64,000 nucleotides of DNA from an uncultured Acidimicrobiaceae bacterium (GCA_963849105.1 CAWKGD010000003.1:513428-577427); one strand, 5' to 3'; shown: positions 31,888 through 42,274, numbered from the stretch's first letter. Translations and numbers: made by a program. The notes: a model not told the origin generated them from the letters alone.

Positions 31888-33789
31888 GTGCTCGAGCGGC
31901 CAAGAGACGTTCCCGACGCGCCGGGCTCCTATCAGTTCAAGGACCGGGACGGACGCGTGATCTACGTCGGCAAGGCGCGCTCTCTGCGCAGCCGCCTGGC
32001 CAACTACTTCGGCAACCCGGCCGGCCTGCCGCCGCGCACGCAGCAGATGCTCGAGCGGGCGGCGTCGGTCGAGTGGATCCAGGTGCGCTCCGATGTCGAG
32101 GCGATCATGCTCGAGTACAACCTCATCAAAGAGCACCGGCCGCGCTTCAACATCCGCCTCGTCGACGACAAGAGCTACCCATACCTCGCGATCACGATGG
32201 ACGAGGAGTGGCCCCGAGCGATGGTCGTGCGTGGCGCGAAGCGCAAGGGCACGCGCTACTTTGGCCCGTACGCGCACGCCTACGCGCTGAGAGAGACCCT
32301 CGATTCGCTGCTGCGCTCGTTCCCCATCCGGAGCTGCTCGAACGCGAAGTACGGCCGTCACGTCCGCCTCGGTCGTCCGTGCTTGCTTTTCCACATCGAG
32401 CGGTGTTCAGGTCCCTGTGTGGGGGCTGTCAACAAAGACACGTACCGCGAGTACCTGGACGACCTGGCGCGCTTTTTGGAAGGAGACACGAAGGCTGTGC
32501 TCTCCCGGCTCGAGCGTCAAATGCACGAGGCCGCCGACCGCGAGGAGTTCGAATTGGCGGCGCGTCTTCGCGACCAACTCGAATCGGCGCGACTGGCGAG
32601 CGAGCACCAAGACATCGTCGCCGCGGCCGGTGACGATCTCGATGTCTTCGGGATCGCCGACGCCGAACTCGAGGCGGCCGTTCAGGTCCTGCACGTCCGT
32701 CACGGGCTACTTGTCGGGCGGAACGGCCTCATCCTGGAGAAGGTCGAGCCGCTCTCGACGCCCGATCTCTACCAGCGCGTGCTCGAACAGCACTACGCCG
32801 AGACCCCGTTGGGCGTCGCGCGCGAGATCCTCGTTCGAACGCAGCCGACCGATGTCCAGACGTACGCGAAATGGTTGTCGGAGAGACGTGGCGGTCTCGT
32901 CTCGATCAAGGTGCCCCAACGTGGCCGCAAGCGCGCGCTGATCGACGTCGCGGAGAACAACGCGAGAGAGCAGCTCACCCGTCATCGCACGCGGCGTACG
33001 ACCGATCTGTCGAGCCGCGCCCGCGCCCTCGAGCAGCTGCGGGAGTACTTGGGGCTGCGGGAGGCGCCGCTGCGGATCGAGTGTTATGACATGAGCCACC
33101 TGCAAGGCAGTGACTACGTCGGTTCGATGGTCGTCATGGAAGACGGTCTGATGAAACGGAGCGATTACCGCCACTTCAAGGTGCGCGCCGTCGCCGGGAA
33201 CGACGACTACGCGGCGATGGGCGAGGTGCTCGAACGGCGGCTCCGTCGACTCGCCGAGCCGAAACCCGAGACGGCGGATACCGCCGACAGGCGCAGACCC
33301 CGACGCTTCGCCTATCCGCCCCAGCTGTTGCTCCTCGACGGCGGGAAAGGGCAGTTGAGCGTCGGCATCCGCGTCGTCGAAGAGCTCGGCCTCTCCGACA
33401 GGCTCGAGGTGGCGTCACTCGCCAAGCAGTTCGAGGAGGTGTTCGTCCCCGGGCGCCCGGATCCGATCCGCATCCCGCGCGATTCCGAGGCGATCTATCT
33501 GTTGGAGGAGCTGCGCGACGAAGCGCACCGTTTCGCGATCGGCTACCACCGCGCCATCAGGGCGCGCCGGATGCGACCGGATCCACTTGCTGAGGTGCCC
33601 GGCCTCGGCGCAAACCGGCGCCGTCGCTTGCTCTCCGAATTCGGGTCGTTGCGTGCGCTGCGCACTGCATCGCACGATCAGCTGCGCGCGCTGAGCTGGC
33701 TGCCGGATGCCGTCGGCGATGCCGTTTTCGGTCGCCTCCACCCCGATGCCGAGTTCCAGCCTTCGGATCGGGAGGCCCAGTCGGCGTGA
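31888..33789 (+). CDS. uvrC: Excinuclease ABC subunit C
   Basis: GTG 31888 gives VLERPRDVPDAPGSYQFKDRDGRVIYVGKARSLRSRLANYF (GIY-YIG domain). About 633 aa. The upstream part of the tracked ORF is antisense to nadA. Confidence 0.9.
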   Translation: MLERPRDVPDAPGSYQFKDRDGRVIYVGKARSLRSRLANYFGNPAGLPPRTQQMLERAASVEWIQVRSDVEAIMLEYNLIKEHRPRFNIRLVDDKSYPYLAITMDEEWPRAMVVRGAKRKGTRYFGPYAHAYALRETLDSLLRSFPIRSCSNAKYGRHVRLGRPCLLFHIERCSGPCVGAVNKDTYREYLDDLARFLEGDTKAVLSRLERQMHEAADREEFELAARLRDQLESARLASEHQDIVAAAGDDLDVFGIADAELEAAVQVLHVRHGLLVGRNGLILEKVEPLSTPDLYQRVLEQHYAETPLGVAREILVRTQPTDVQTYAKWLSERRGGLVSIKVPQRGRKRALIDVAENNAREQLTRHRTRRTTDLSSRARALEQLREYLGLREAPLRIECYDMSHLQGSDYVGSMVVMEDGLMKRSDYRHFKVRAVAGNDDYAAMGEVLERRLRRLAEPKPETADTADRRRPRRFAYPPQLLLLDGGKGQLSVGIRVVEELGLSDRLEVASLAKQFEEVFVPGRPDPIRIPRDSEAIYLLEELRDEAHRFAIGYHRAIRARRMRPDPLAEVPGLGANRRRRLLSEFGSLRALRTASHDQLRALSWLPDAVGDAVFGRLHPDAEFQPSDREAQSA

Positions 33790-34559
33790 GCGCGATGCGA
33801 ACCCCCGACGCCGTCGGTCCGGAGTCGGCGTCCGCTGAAGTCTGGGACGCCAACGCGAAGTGGTGGAAGGACACCTTTACCGACGGTGCCGACCGAGAGT
33901 ACGAAATCGAGATCCTGCCGCTCGTCGCGGCGGAACTGTTCGGCCGAAGGCGGATCGTCGATATCGGCTGTGGCGAGGGCCAAGTGGCGCGCCGGCTGGC
34001 GGCGGATGGCGCGGCGATCGTCGGCGTCGATCCGTCTGGCGAACAGCTGAAGAACGCGCTCGTCGAGTCCCGGAACGAGATCGCCTATGTGCAGGCAATC
34101 GGGGAAGCGCTGCCACTGCGTTCGCGAAGCGTCGACGCGGCCGTCTGTTGCCTCGTCATCGAACACACCCTCGACACAGATGCGGTGCTCGCCGAGGCGG
34201 CGCGCATCCTCGCCCCGGGCGGGCGATTCCTGCTGCTCGTCAATCACCCGGCGTTCCAGGGTCCCGGCAGCGGCTTCGTCGACGATCAGATTCTCGACGA
34301 GCACTACTGGCGCGTCGGGCCGTATCTCAAAGAGCAGTGGGTGATCGAGAACGTCGACCCGGCGGTTTCCCTCGGCTTCAGCCACCGCCCGCTCTCCCGC
34401 TATATCAATCCGGCCGTTGACGCCGGCCTCGTCCTGACGCGCCTCATCGAACCATCGCCCCAGCGCGAGCTCCTGGACGGCTCGAGCGACCCCGACTTCG
34501 AGGCGACGATCCCGCGACTGTGCGCGATGCGATTCGAACGTCCCTTCCCGGCGAGCTGA
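33786..34559 (+). CDS. Class I SAM-dependent methyltransferase
   Basis: Motif I IVDIGCGEGQVARRL and a Methyltransf_11-like layout. The start overlaps the uvrC stop. Confidence 0.75.
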   Translation: MSAMRTPDAVGPESASAEVWDANAKWWKDTFTDGADREYEIEILPLVAAELFGRRRIVDIGCGEGQVARRLAADGAAIVGVDPSGEQLKNALVESRNEIAYVQAIGEALPLRSRSVDAAVCCLVIEHTLDTDAVLAEAARILAPGGRFLLLVNHPAFQGPGSGFVDDQILDEHYWRVGPYLKEQWVIENVDPAVSLGFSHRPLSRYINPAVDAGLVLTRLIEPSPQRELLDGSSDPDFEATIPRLCAMRFERPFPAS

Positions 34560-34671
34560 TGGGACAACGCCGCCGGGCTGACCTCGGTCTTTTCGGAGGA
34601 GCCGATCTGGGCGATCGGGACGCCTGCATCGGGTTCCCAGATGCGAAGATCGCGATGGAGGTCGCGCCGCG

Positions 34672-35526
34672 ATGGCTGAGTACCTGATCGTCGGAGGGAT
34701 GTCGGGGGCCGGCCGTTCGACGGCAGCCGCCACCCTCGAGGACCTCGGCTGGTTCGTCATCGACAATCTCCCCGGAGCGCTGATCGGCAAAGTCGCGGAG
34801 CTCGGTGGCCAGCGCGGCGGCGAGTTCGACCGTTTCTGCTTCGTCGTCGGCCGCGGCGGTCCGGAATCGCTGAGCGAGATCGTCCCGGCGATCGAGGAGC
34901 TGCGCGCCTCGGGAGCGCGCGTCCGGGTTCTCTTCCTCGACGCCGCGGACGACGTGCTGGTCCGCCGGTTCTCCGGGACGCGGCGGCGTCACCCGCTCGA
35001 AGCAGAAGGCGTGGTCGACGCGATCAGGACCGAGCGCGACCTGCTCGCGCCGCTGCGCTCGGAGGCGGACGCGATGATCGATACGAGTGAGACGAACGTC
35101 CACGAGCTGCGCGCCCGCCTCGTCGAGCTGTACGCCGGACGGACCGCCGCGGGTGCGATGGAAACGTCGGTCGTCTCGTTCGGGTTCAAAAACGGCCTGC
35201 CGCTCGACGCCGATCTTGTCTTCGACGTCCGGTTCCTGCCGAATCCGCACTGGGTCGACGCACTGCGCCCGCACAGCGGCCTGGACGCGAACGTGCGTGA
35301 ATACGTGCTCTCGTCTCCTGAGGCGGTGGAGTTCCTCGAGCGCATCGAGTCGATGCTCGGGTTCCTGCTGCCGTACTACGCGCGGGAGGGGAAGTCGTAT
35401 CTTTCGATCGCCATCGGCTGCACCGGGGGGCGCCACCGTTCTGTCGTGCTCGCAGAGGAGCTCGCCACCCGCCTCCGCAAAGACGGGTACGAGCCGTCGG
35501 TGCACCACCGCGACATCACTCGGTGA
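34672..35526 (+). CDS. rapZ: RNase adapter / P-loop NTPase RapZ (YvcJ)
   Basis: MAEYLIVGGMSGAGRSTAAATLEDLGWFVIDNLP and a C-terminal IGCTGGRHRSV motif. Confidence 0.9.
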   Translation: MAEYLIVGGMSGAGRSTAAATLEDLGWFVIDNLPGALIGKVAELGGQRGGEFDRFCFVVGRGGPESLSEIVPAIEELRASGARVRVLFLDAADDVLVRRFSGTRRRHPLEAEGVVDAIRTERDLLAPLRSEADAMIDTSETNVHELRARLVELYAGRTAAGAMETSVVSFGFKNGLPLDADLVFDVRFLPNPHWVDALRPHSGLDANVREYVLSSPEAVEFLERIESMLGFLLPYYAREGKSYLSIAIGCTGGRHRSVVLAEELATRLRKDGYEPSVHHRDITR

Positions 35527-36443
35527 GTCTCGAAAACTTCGCCGCGGTCGCGGATGACGCGAGCCTCCACCGCGACGGACCGCGCGCGGTCGCGATCGGC
35601 GGCGGCCATGGACTCGCCCGCACGCTCAGAGCGTTGCGCGCGTACGCGAGCAGCATCACGGCGATTGTTTCGGTCGCGGACGACGGAGGCTCGAGCGGCC
35701 GCCTCCGTGAGGCGTTCGGGATGCCCGCCCCGGGGGACATCCGGCGCTGCATCGGCGCGTTGTTACCCGCACGGTCTCCGCTCGGTGACGCGCTCGAGTA
35801 CCGGTTCGAGGCGGGCGAACTCGGAGGGCACGCCTTTGGAAACGTGCTCCTCGCCGCGCTCGCCGCGACGACCGGCGATTTCTCGTCGGGTGTAGCGGAG
35901 TGTTGTGCGGTCCTGCGGACCGTCGGCAGCGTCGTCCCGGCGACCGACCTCCCGGTGGTACTTAAGGCGACGGTCCACGGCTCGGAGATGCAGGGTCAGG
36001 CGCGCATCAAGATGACCGAGGGCGTGACCTCTGTTTCACTCATCCCCGAAGATGCACCGGTGCCCGTAGCGGCGATCGAGGCGATCGAAAATGCGGATCA
36101 GATCGTCATCGGTCCCGGCTCGCTCTTCACCAGCGTGCTCGCCGCGCTCGCGCCGTCGCCCATCGGCGCCGCATTGTCCAGGACGTCCGCGCAGCGGATC
36201 TACGTCTGCAACCTTCACGAGCAGGTCCCGGAGACGAGCGGCTTCGACGCCGCCGCGCACGTCGCGGCGCTGATCCGCCATGGGGTCGTGCCCGACGTCG
36301 TGATCTGCGACCCGGAGCAGATGGAACTCGGCGCGCTGCCAGAAGGCGTGCGCGTCGTGCTCAGCTCGGTTGCAAGCCGCCACGGTTTCGTCCACGACGA
36401 GCGGGCGCTCGCCCGCGCACTTATCACCGCGGTGAACAGTTAA
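35523..36443 (+). CDS. yvcK: YvcK/CofD-like gluconeogenesis factor (UPF0052)
   Basis: VAIGGGHGLARTLRAL...IVSVADDGGSSGRLR. ATGA-type overlap with rapZ. Confidence 0.85.
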   Translation: MSLENFAAVADDASLHRDGPRAVAIGGGHGLARTLRALRAYASSITAIVSVADDGGSSGRLREAFGMPAPGDIRRCIGALLPARSPLGDALEYRFEAGELGGHAFGNVLLAALAATTGDFSSGVAECCAVLRTVGSVVPATDLPVVLKATVHGSEMQGQARIKMTEGVTSVSLIPEDAPVPVAAIEAIENADQIVIGPGSLFTSVLAALAPSPIGAALSRTSAQRIYVCNLHEQVPETSGFDAAAHVAALIRHGVVPDVVICDPEQMELGALPEGVRVVLSSVASRHGFVHDERALARALITAVNS

Positions 36444-36490
36444 CGCGGGCCTCCACCGGATCGATGTCGACACCCAGCCGTTTGTGATTT

Positions 36491-36904
36491 GTGACGCTTG
36501 GCACGTGGGACCAATCGGTGGTGCGCAGGTTCTACTCCGAGGGTCTCGGGTGGGCAGAGTGTGCGGGGCGCGACGAGTACTGGGTCGCCTACGTCGTCGG
36601 AGGCGTGAGCCTGTCGCCCCTTCCGGCCTCGGATCTCGCTCAGGAGGGCGGTGCCTCGCCGTTCGGAGATCACCCAACGCAGCACGGCGGACATTTTCAC
36701 GCTCGGCTGCAACCTCACTCGAGTGGACGAGGTCTCCGCGCAGTTCGCCGCCGGCGCCAAGGTCGCCGGAGAGCCGACCGACCGAACGTCGGGGGGTCGG
36801 TCCGGATGTGCGCTCGACCCGGGGAGGGGAACGCCTGGGAAATTGTCTGGAACCCGAATCCCGTATTGGGCGAGCGTGGCGAGATCGTCTCGTTCGGCGA
36901 TTAG
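36491..36904 (+). pseudogene. VOC/glyoxalase-like gene whose central ~45 codons are out of frame (two compensating indels)
   Basis: The ends read as VOC in the ORF frame (MTLGTWDQSVVRRFYSEGLGW... and ...GNAWEIVWNPNPV). The VOC-like middle (DIFTLGCNLTRVDEVSAQFAAGAKVAGEPTDRTSGGRSG) is only readable in the frame of ORF 36651..36941. In the ORF frame the middle is Arg-rich nonsense. Confidence 0.45.
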
Positions 36905-37120
36905 CACTTCGGTTCCGAATCCGAGGGAGACGAGCCCCTAGACAACCGACCGAACGAGTAACAGATGCGTCGAGGACGCCTCGGGGCACACCGGCTTGGC
37001 CGTTAGCCTCTGGCTAAGGATGTGGTTGGCCGCGAGTCTCAACTGGCGCGGCGCTCGTCGCGACACCGCGAGCGAAGCCATGGGATTCGGTCCACATGCG
37101 GACAGAAAGATGGTGACGTG

Positions 37121-38140
37121 ATGACGGTACGGGTCGGTATCAACGGATTCGGAAGGATCGGGAGGAACTTCCTTCGCGCCTCTCGAGAGTCCTCCTCGGC
37201 GATCGAGATCGTCGCGGTCAACGACCTCCTCTCGCCGGAGGTCAACGCCCACCTCCTCCGTTACGACTCGACGTATCGGCGTTTCCCCGGCACGGTCGAG
37301 GTGAAGGGGAGCGACCTTGTTGTCGACGGCAAGACGATCACTGTCTTCGCGGAGAAGGACCCCGCACGGCTCGAATGGTCCGAGGTCGGTGCCGATGTCA
37401 TCATCGAATCGACCGGCCGCTTCACCAAGCGCGACGCCGCGGCCGCGCACCTGCGAGGTGGAGCGAAGCGCGTCATTATCTCCGCCCCGTCAAACGACGC
37501 CGACGCGACGTTCGTTGTCGGTGTCAACGACACCGACTTCGATCCACAGCGTCACATCGTCATCTCGAACGCCTCATGCACGACAAACTGCTTCGTTCCG
37601 ATGATGAAGGTGCTCGACGACGCGTTCGGGATCGACAAGGGGATCATGACGACGGTGCACGCGTACACGAACGACCAAGAGCTCCTCGATCTGGCGCGCG
37701 AAGACCTGCATCGTGCGCGGGCGGCTGCCGTGAACATCGTGCCGACGACAACCGGCGCAGCGCGCGCGACGAGCCTCGTGATGGCAAACATGAAGGGCCG
37801 TCTGGATGGCACCGCGCTCCGCGTGCCGTTGCCGGTCGGTTCGATTACCGACTGGACCGGGATCCTCAACGCCGAGACCGATGTCGCCGCGATCAACGCC
37901 GCGTTCAAACAGGCGGCAGGCTCAGGACCGCTGTCCAAGGTCCTCGTCTACAACGAGGACCCGATCGTCTCATCGGACATCGTCGGCTCGCCGGCGTCGT
38001 GCACCTTTGATGCGGGGATGACGCTGATGATGCCGCTCGACGGGGCGAAGTCGCTCGCGAAGGTCTTCGGCTGGTACGACAACGAGTGGGGCTACTCGCA
38101 CCGGCTCGTCGACCTCGCCGCAATCGTCGGCGCGGCGTGA
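37121..38140 (+). CDS. gap: Glyceraldehyde-3-phosphate dehydrogenase
   Basis: MTVRVGINGFGRIGRNFLRA and the active site SNASCTTNC. Length is 339 aa. Confidence 0.95.
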   Translation: MTVRVGINGFGRIGRNFLRASRESSSAIEIVAVNDLLSPEVNAHLLRYDSTYRRFPGTVEVKGSDLVVDGKTITVFAEKDPARLEWSEVGADVIIESTGRFTKRDAAAAHLRGGAKRVIISAPSNDADATFVVGVNDTDFDPQRHIVISNASCTTNCFVPMMKVLDDAFGIDKGIMTTVHAYTNDQELLDLAREDLHRARAAAVNIVPTTTGAARATSLVMANMKGRLDGTALRVPLPVGSITDWTGILNAETDVAAINAAFKQAAGSGPLSKVLVYNEDPIVSSDIVGSPASCTFDAGMTLMMPLDGAKSLAKVFGWYDNEWGYSHRLVDLAAIVGAA

Positions 38141-39312
38141 CGGCACGCCTGCCGCTTCTCGAGGACCTGCCGGAGGTCGACGGGAAGTCGGTCCTCGTCC
38201 GCGTCGACTTCAACGTCCCGATCCGGGAGGTTGACGGACGACGCGTCGTCGGTGACGACTTCCGCATCATGAGCGCAGTCCCGACGCTGCGCTGGCTCGT
38301 CGACCACGGAGCGAAGGTGACGTGCGCCACCCACCTCGGACGACCGAAGGGGAAGCCCGATCCCGCCTACGACGTGGCGCCCGTTCGCGAGCGACTCGCC
38401 GAGATCCTTCCCGGCGTCGCGCTCATGGAGAATCTGCGGTTCGACCCGGGGGAGGAGGCGAACGATCCGACATTCGTCGACCGCCTCGTCGAGGGTCAGG
38501 ACCTCTACGTGAACGACGCCTTCGGCTCCTCGCACCGCGCCCATGCCTCGATCGTCGGGCCGCCCAGTCGGCTCCCTTCCGCGGCCGGCAGGCTGCTCGC
38601 CCGAGAGGCCGAGGTGATCGGCGGTTTGCTGGCGTCGCCGCAACGCCCGTTCGTCGCGGTGCTGGGTGGCGCAAAAATCGCCGACAAGATCGGCATCGTG
38701 CGTGCCCTGGCGGCGAAGGCGGACACCGTGCTCATCGGCGGTGGGATGTCGTACACCTTTCTCGCGGCGAGGGGCGAAGGCATCGGCGAATCATTATTCG
38801 ACGCCACGAAGCTCGACGAGTGCAGGGCGCTGCTGTCGGATTCGTTCGACATCCGGCTGCCGAGTGACGTCGTCGCCATCGGTCCGGGCGGCACGCTTCG
38901 ACCGGGGGAGGAATCGCCCGAGGAGACCGACCCGATTGACACGTTCGCCGGTGGCATTCCGGACGGCTGGGAGGGGGTCGACATCGGCGAGGAGACGCGC
39001 ATCGGGTACGCCAAGCTGATCCACGGTGCGGGCACGGTGTTTTGGAACGGCCCGGTCGGATTCTTCGAGGATCCGCGATTCGCTTATGGCACGCGCGCGC
39101 TCGCGGAGTCTCTCGCATCGTCCGACGGGTTCACCGTCGTCGGTGGGGGCGACGTCGTCGCGGCGATCGACGGTTTCGGTCTTCAGAACAAGATCGATTT
39201 CGTCTCGACCGGAGGCGGCGCGTCGCTCGAGCTCTTGGAGTACGGCGATCTCCCGGGCCTCGCTGCCCTTCGCTCGGCATCGAACGCGCCACGCGACGGG
39301 GGTCGGGCGTGA
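38137..39312 (+). CDS. pgk: Phosphoglycerate kinase
   Basis: GTGA overlap with gap. Motifs VLVRVDFNVP, NLRFDPGEE and STGGGASLE. Confidence 0.95.
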   Translation: MTARLPLLEDLPEVDGKSVLVRVDFNVPIREVDGRRVVGDDFRIMSAVPTLRWLVDHGAKVTCATHLGRPKGKPDPAYDVAPVRERLAEILPGVALMENLRFDPGEEANDPTFVDRLVEGQDLYVNDAFGSSHRAHASIVGPPSRLPSAAGRLLAREAEVIGGLLASPQRPFVAVLGGAKIADKIGIVRALAAKADTVLIGGGMSYTFLAARGEGIGESLFDATKLDECRALLSDSFDIRLPSDVVAIGPGGTLRPGEESPEETDPIDTFAGGIPDGWEGVDIGEETRIGYAKLIHGAGTVFWNGPVGFFEDPRFAYGTRALAESLASSDGFTVVGGGDVVAAIDGFGLQNKIDFVSTGGGASLELLEYGDLPGLAALRSASNAPRDGGRA

Positions 39313-40085
39313 ACCCTGAGCGCGGCGCGCTGATCAGCGGCAACTGGAAGATGAACGAGAATCACTTCGAGTCGCTGAAGCTCGTCCAAGAACTCGCGGC
39401 GCTGTTGCTGCAGGGTGCGATTCCCCAAGGACGCGAGGTCAGCATCCATCCGCCGTTCACGTCGTTGCGCACGGTGCAGACGGCGGTCGAGACCGATCAC
39501 GTTCCGGTCGCGCTCGGCGCGCAGAATTGTTACTTCGAAGACCGCGGCGCGTACACCGGAGAGGTGAGCCCCGAGATGCTCGCCCGCCTCAACGTCCGCT
39601 TCGTCATTTGCGGGCATTCCGAGCGCCGCCAGTACTTCGACGAGACCGATGAGATCGTGAGGAAGAAGGTCGGTGCCGTTCTCCGACAGGGTATGTGTCC
39701 GATCGTCTGCGTCGGCGAGACCCTCGAAGAACGCGATGCGGGCGCCGCGGAAAGCAAGGTCCGTCGCCAGGTCGCGGTGGCGTTCGAAGGGATGAAGTCC
39801 GACGACATAGCGAGCTGCGTGGTCGCGTACGAGCCGATCTGGGCGATCGGGACGGGAGAGACGGCGAGCGCAAAGGATGCACAGGAGATGTGCGGCGTCG
39901 TGCGTGAGGAGATCGCCCGATTCGCCAAGTCGGCGGCTGCGGCGATTCGCATCCAGTACGGCGGGTCGGTCACCCCAGAAAGTGCTCCCGAAATGATCGC
40001 CGGGGGGGACGTCGACGGCTTCCTGGTCGGCGGGGCGAGCCTCGACGCCCAGAAATTCTTCTCGATCGTACGCGCGGGCGCGTAG
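39309..40085 (+). CDS. tpiA: Triosephosphate isomerase
   Basis: GTGA overlap with pgk. Motifs ISGNWKMN, ICGHSERR, AYEPIWAIGTG and VGGASL. Confidence 0.95.
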   Translation: MNPERGALISGNWKMNENHFESLKLVQELAALLLQGAIPQGREVSIHPPFTSLRTVQTAVETDHVPVALGAQNCYFEDRGAYTGEVSPEMLARLNVRFVICGHSERRQYFDETDEIVRKKVGAVLRQGMCPIVCVGETLEERDAGAAESKVRRQVAVAFEGMKSDDIASCVVAYEPIWAIGTGETASAKDAQEMCGVVREEIARFAKSAAAAIRIQYGGSVTPESAPEMIAGGDVDGFLVGGASLDAQKFFSIVRAGA

Positions 40086-40166
40086 GCGCGACGCGCGTCG
40101 ATTCCCTGCTCAGCGGGCTGGTAGCCTGCCTGCGCTCCATCCCGCGGACCGAGGAGGATCCTGAAC

Positions 40167-40397
40167 GTGCTGACCGACGTCGTCGTCGGGATCTTGACCG
40201 CCGCCTCGTTCGCGCTGATCCTGCTCATCTTGTTGCACTCTGGGCGCGGCGGCGGCCTCTCCGACATGTTCGGGTCGACGGTGGGGTCCGCGGCGGCTGG
40301 GTCGACCGTCGCCGAGAAGAACCTCGACCGCCTGACGATCACCGTCGCGGTGATCTTCGCCTTCTCGGTGGTGATCATCGGCATCAGGTGGGGCTAA
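40167..40397 (+). CDS. secG: Preprotein translocase subunit SecG
   Basis: 76 aa with two TM segments and the LLHSGRGGGLSDMFG motif. It occupies the canonical position after tpiA. Confidence 0.85.
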   Translation: MLTDVVVGILTAASFALILLILLHSGRGGGLSDMFGSTVGSAAAGSTVAEKNLDRLTITVAVIFAFSVVIIGIRWG

Positions 40398-42208
40398 GAC
40401 CTGCCACAGCCGCAGCTCTTTTCGCTGTCGTCTTCGCGGCCTTCGGCAGCACCGCAACCGCCGTATCGCGATCGACAACCTCAGCAACGCCCACCTCGAG
40501 CGGCACGATCACGCTGAAATCGGGCGGCATCGTCACCGTTGCGGTGCAGAGCCTGCCGAAGGAGTACAACCCCGCGACGCCAGCGGGCTCGAACGCGGTC
40601 ACCCAGATGGTGATGGAACAGGTATGGCCACAGCCGTTCGTCGTTGGCTCGGACATACGCGTCGACATCGGCCCGGGGCTGATCACCGCGGCTGAACTCG
40701 TCGGGGTGAAGCCACAAACCGTCGTCTACACGCTGGCGAAAGGCGCACGATGGTCTGACGGCGTGCCGATCTCGGTTGCCGACTTCGTCTACGACTGGCA
40801 CGAATTCGTCGCCGAAGGCCCGTTGCTTCCGGCGTCGTTCCCGCTGGCGGGCTACGAAGCGATCACCTCGATCACCGCGACGAAGAACGACACTGTGACC
40901 GTCGTCTTCAAGACGCCCTACGCCGATTGGCAAGCGCTCTTCGCGAATCTCGTTCCTGCGCACGTCGCCAAACGGTACGGATGGTCGGCCGCCTTCACCG
41001 GACCGGTCCCGACTCACCTGGTGTCCGGCGGCCCATTTATCGTCTCGAAGGTCGTTCCGGATAGCGAACTTGTCCTGTCGCGCAATCCGAAGTACTGGGA
41101 ACGGCCAGCGCATCTTTCAGAGATCATCTTCAAAGTCGAACGGAATGCAGCCGCGACGCTTTCGGACCTCGCTTCGGGGAGCGTCGACGTCGCCGAGCTC
41201 GATCCGGGGCCGGCCGTCTCGTCCACGGTCCTCCGCAACAGAGATCTCGACGCCGTGAACGAACTGTCACCGGTGATGTGGCAACTCGATTTCAATCTCG
41301 CCGACCCGACGCTGTCCTCGCTCGAACTCCGTCTTGCGCTGGCGAACCTGATCAATCGTGCGCAGCTTGTGTCGGATTCCGCGGGACTGCTCAGCGCGAG
41401 CGTGTTCGCGTCATCGAACCATCTGTACGGAGCCGGAGATCCCGGGCATCGGCGGGACGACGGACCCTACAAGGGATCGAGTCTCACGATCGCCGACCAA
41501 TTACTGGAGTCATCTGGTTACTCGATCAATCGCGATGGGCTCGTCACGACGTCGAATGGGAGCGCGCTCATGCTCACGGTCACCGGTCCGACGGGCAATC
41601 CGTTGATCGACCGGGTCGAGGACGAACTGCAAGCGCAACTTCTCTCGGCGGGAATCGGACTGCGGATCCAGAACGTCGCTTTGTCAACGCTTCTCGACAC
41701 CGAGCTGCCCCGAGGTGAATACCAGCTCGCGATCGCACCGTACCTATTGTCCCGGTTTCCCTCGACGACCGAGGGCCTATACGGCGATCCCGTCGGACCG
41801 ACGCCGAATCTTCCGACAACGCCGAGCACGTCCGTGCCGGCGGGGAGTTCGATCTACAGCGAGGGATCAGAGTCGGAACCATCCGCGGATTCGGCCGATG
41901 TTGTGACCCGCGATGTCCTCGGGTTCGACGACCCCGTCGTCACGGAACTTTATCCGCGTGCGATCTCTCAGCTCAATTTCCTCAAAGCGTCGAACCTGTA
42001 CAACGACATCGACTCCCAGCTGTGGGCCGAGATGGTGGCCCTGCCGCTCTTCCAAGAGCCGACGGTTCTCATCTACCGGGACAGCCTCGTCAACGTGAGC
42101 TACTCCTATTCTTGGGCGGGGCCGATGTGGAACGCAGAACAGTGGGGGATCCAGGTGAGTCCTCCGCCGACCACGACGACGACCTTGGCCCCCGTTCCCG
42201 CGGGATGA
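40388..42208 (+). CDS. ABC transporter substrate-binding protein, family 5 (peptide/nickel type)
   Basis: Signal peptide, SBP_bac_5-like body (WSDGVPISVADFVYDW, NPKYWE), and a Pro/Thr-rich tail. Confidence 0.8.
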   Translation: MGLRPATAAALFAVVFAAFGSTATAVSRSTTSATPTSSGTITLKSGGIVTVAVQSLPKEYNPATPAGSNAVTQMVMEQVWPQPFVVGSDIRVDIGPGLITAAELVGVKPQTVVYTLAKGARWSDGVPISVADFVYDWHEFVAEGPLLPASFPLAGYEAITSITATKNDTVTVVFKTPYADWQALFANLVPAHVAKRYGWSAAFTGPVPTHLVSGGPFIVSKVVPDSELVLSRNPKYWERPAHLSEIIFKVERNAAATLSDLASGSVDVAELDPGPAVSSTVLRNRDLDAVNELSPVMWQLDFNLADPTLSSLELRLALANLINRAQLVSDSAGLLSASVFASSNHLYGAGDPGHRRDDGPYKGSSLTIADQLLESSGYSINRDGLVTTSNGSALMLTVTGPTGNPLIDRVEDELQAQLLSAGIGLRIQNVALSTLLDTELPRGEYQLAIAPYLLSRFPSTTEGLYGDPVGPTPNLPTTPSTSVPAGSSIYSEGSESEPSADSADVVTRDVLGFDDPVVTELYPRAISQLNFLKASNLYNDIDSQLWAEMVALPLFQEPTVLIYRDSLVNVSYSYSWAGPMWNAEQWGIQVSPPPTTTTTLAPVPAG

Positions 42209-42274
42209 GTCGTTTCGGATTCGCGATTTCGAAGCGGTAGCCTCACCGCGCTCGAATCGTTCCGAGTTCGGTAC

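Noticed and set aside
36036-36989. 317-aa minus-strand ORF, considered as a possible whiA replacement
   Set aside because: Arg/Pro/Ser-rich with no LAGLIDADG-like or HTH pattern. It overlaps the yvcK 3' end and is antisense to the VOC-like ORF.
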